A stretch of 64,000 bases of DNA from Octopus bimaculoides (lineage: Eukaryota). The stretch is from NCBI RefSeq assembly GCF_001194135.2, contig NC_068994.1, forward strand, positions 12,709,078 to 12,773,077. The letters run 5' to 3'. This document shows positions 62,138 through 64,000 of this stretch, piece after piece. Under the pieces are notes generated by a model. It worked only from the letters and a program-made list of their open reading frames with translations, made no database searches and was not told the DNA's origin. The position numbers and the translations under genes were made by a program. Numbering within the stretch: the stretch's first letter is position 1; the number at the start of each line of letters is the position of its first letter.

Positions 62138-62584
62138 TATATATATATATTTTATTAATTTTGTCTGTACGGCTGGTATTCGTTGCCATTTAGTGATGGT
62201 ATTTTGATAGTAACTAACACACTCATATTTACTTGTGAATAAATGTTTGGCCACTTTAAATGAATTTGCAGGCATGGTGGGGGGCAAATTTTAGTAGCTG
62301 TTGGCAGGCAAGTGTTATGTATACCTATAATGTAATGAAGGGTGAGAACTTACCCTATATTTTCCTAAGGTGGCGAGATAAGCGTTTAAGCCAGTGATTT
62401 TGACAGAAGTGAAATAACGTTGCTATGAATAAACCAAATATATATACAGGAAGTTAGCGTAGTACGAGACAGGTAGCCTCGTTCACTTCCTGTTAATGAG
62501 CAAGGTAGGTAATCTCGTACTTTCTGTTAAAAAGGAGAGTGGGGAAGACAGCAGATAGAACCAGAACGAGAGACTGAGCTGTAT

Positions 62585-63418
62585 AGGGCTTTCCTATAAG
62601 TAGGTTATCTCCCTTGGCTAGGCGGCGCTCCATGTAGATAATTAAACTTCCGGAGGCTACCCACGCCATTGTTATTGTTTTACGTCTTATCATGGATATA
62701 AAGCAGCTTGATGATTCAGCTATCGAAGTACTTACTGTGCCTGAGTTAAAGAAATATTTAAGATTATATGGACAGTATGTTACTGGAAGAAAGGCGGACT
62801 TGACTGAAAGGTTGAAAGGAATAAAAATTCTGTCGATGAAGAATGTCAACAANNNNNNNNNNNNNNNNNNNNNNNNNNNNNNNNNNNNNNNNNNNNNNNN
62901 NNNNNNNNNNNNNNNNNNNNNNNNNNNNNNNNNNNNNNNNNNNNNNNNNNNNNNNNNNNNNNNNNNNNNNNNNNNNNNNNNNNNNNNNNNNNNNNNNNNN
63001 NNNNNNNNNNNNNNNNNNNNNNNNNNNNNNNNNNNNNNNNNNNNNNNNNNNNNNNNNNNNNNNNNNNNNNNNNNNNNNNNNNNNNNNNNNNNNNNNNNNN
63101 NNNNNNNNNNNNNNNNNNNNNNNNNNNNNNNNNNNNNNNNNNNNNNNNNNNNNNNNNNNNNNNNNNNNNNNNNNNNNNNNNNNNNNNNNNNNNNNNNNNN
63201 NNNNNNNNNNNNNNNNNNNNNNNNNNNNNNNNNNNNNNNNNNNNNNNNNNNNNNNNNNNNNNNNNNNNNNNNNNCACAGAGTGTGGGTAATTATGTCAAA
63301 GGTCACTGGCAATGTGCATTCAGCTGATTGCAACTGTTAAAGCAAGTCACTGAGCATGCGTACATGTCATACGGGAGAGTTCCAATCAGGGGTGGATAAC
63401 ACCTTATAGGAAATCCCT
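62585..63418 (+). mobile_element. ISL2EU-like (PIF/Harbinger group) deletion derivative with SAP and SWIM remnants
   Basis: AT|AGGGCTTTCCTATAAG ... CTTATAGGAAATCCCT|AT. The ORF from 62692 has a SAP motif LTVPELKKYLRLYGQYVTGRKADLTERL; after the gap HRVWVIMSKVTGNVHSADCNC* is SWIM-like. Superfamily assignment rests on the AT TSD and domain recall. Confidence 0.62.
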
Positions 63419-63486
63419 ATACGGGTCGGAGGCTATCTTTCGTTTTGATTACATTTTACGTCATCTCTAATCCACATGCGTTTGTT

Positions 63487-64000
63487 GGTAATCTTCAAGT
63501 TTAGGGTGGTAAAAAAAAGTAAATAAAAATATACAAGGGAAATAACTTAACGTCTTACTAGTATTATCCGTACTGCTCTGAAATGTGGGGGGGAGGGTTT
63601 CAGCTGTTTATAAATAAATCACACGTGATTGAAGTTAACTGTTTATATATAAATCACACACGTGATTGAATATCATAGTACCGGCTGAGAGATCGAAAAT
63701 GCCTCGTGGAAGACCGGCTGCACAACAACTTATTGTTCCTCAAAATGAAATCCTTACTCGTCAATTAATATTAGAAGAATATTGGAATATTAGAGAATTA
63801 TGCAGCAGTTCAAGACACAAAATGTTGGAATGGTGTGCGCGCCGTCGGCTTATTAGGAATAAGTTTACCTGCGACGATTGTTTAGTACCATGCGGACTTG
63901 TTAAAAAACACGTGTGTTATTTATTTATAAACAGCTAAAAAAAAACACATTTCATAGTACGGATGATACTAATAAGACGTTAAGTTATTTCCCTTGTATA
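63487..64000 (+). mobile_element. Merlin internal-deletion derivative (runs off the window end)
   Basis: Left TIR GGTAATCTTCAAGTTTAGGG. ATG at 63699 gives MPRGRPAA...LEWCARRRLIRNKFTCDDCLVPCGLVKK, a Merlin N-terminal CxxC region, fused directly to the right-arm sequence. Confidence 0.75.

Noticed and set aside
2250-63340. Long ORFs containing X runs and many 60-130 aa ORFs rich in YI/HT/CV/NN
   Set aside because: They arise from N gaps, microsatellites and stop-poor SINE sequence.
1-64000. CRISPR arrays, operons, bacterial promoters or defence systems
   Set aside because: The DNA is clearly eukaryotic (spliceosomal introns, SINEs, microsatellites); no repeat-spacer array exists.

Overview
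Eukaryotic, AT-rich, repeat-dense genomic DNA with many N gaps. The SINE/MITE landscape points to an octopus (cephalopod) draft assembly; this is inferred from repeat families I recognise, not from a database search. There are no prokaryotic features. The one well-supported host gene is on the + strand: four phase-compatible exons (41171-41293, 45231-45399, 49115-49339, 50336-52278; 2460 nt, 819 aa plus a missing start exon). They encode an N-terminal CARD, a death domain, a long Ser/Glu/Asp-rich disordered region and a C-terminal tail anchor, the architecture of an invertebrate MAVS-type antiviral adaptor. The rest is mostly tRNA-derived SINEs (four families I label A-D), microsatellites, RTE/Gypsy relics and DNA-transposon relics or MITEs (mariner, Tc1, pogo, hAT, piggyBac, Merlin, ISL2EU-like, Helentron-type). 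Less obvious signals: a cluster of three IRF/ISRE-like motifs at 7682-7742, small transposons with telomeric TTAGGG cores, perfect intronic hairpins, inverted SINE pairs around the MAVS-like exons, an internal splice donor that would give a CARD-only isoform, and a CpG-depleted domain at about 19.7-60.2 kb that may mark the methylated gene body. Repeat boundaries were read by eye and are approximate; exon boundaries were checked base by base.
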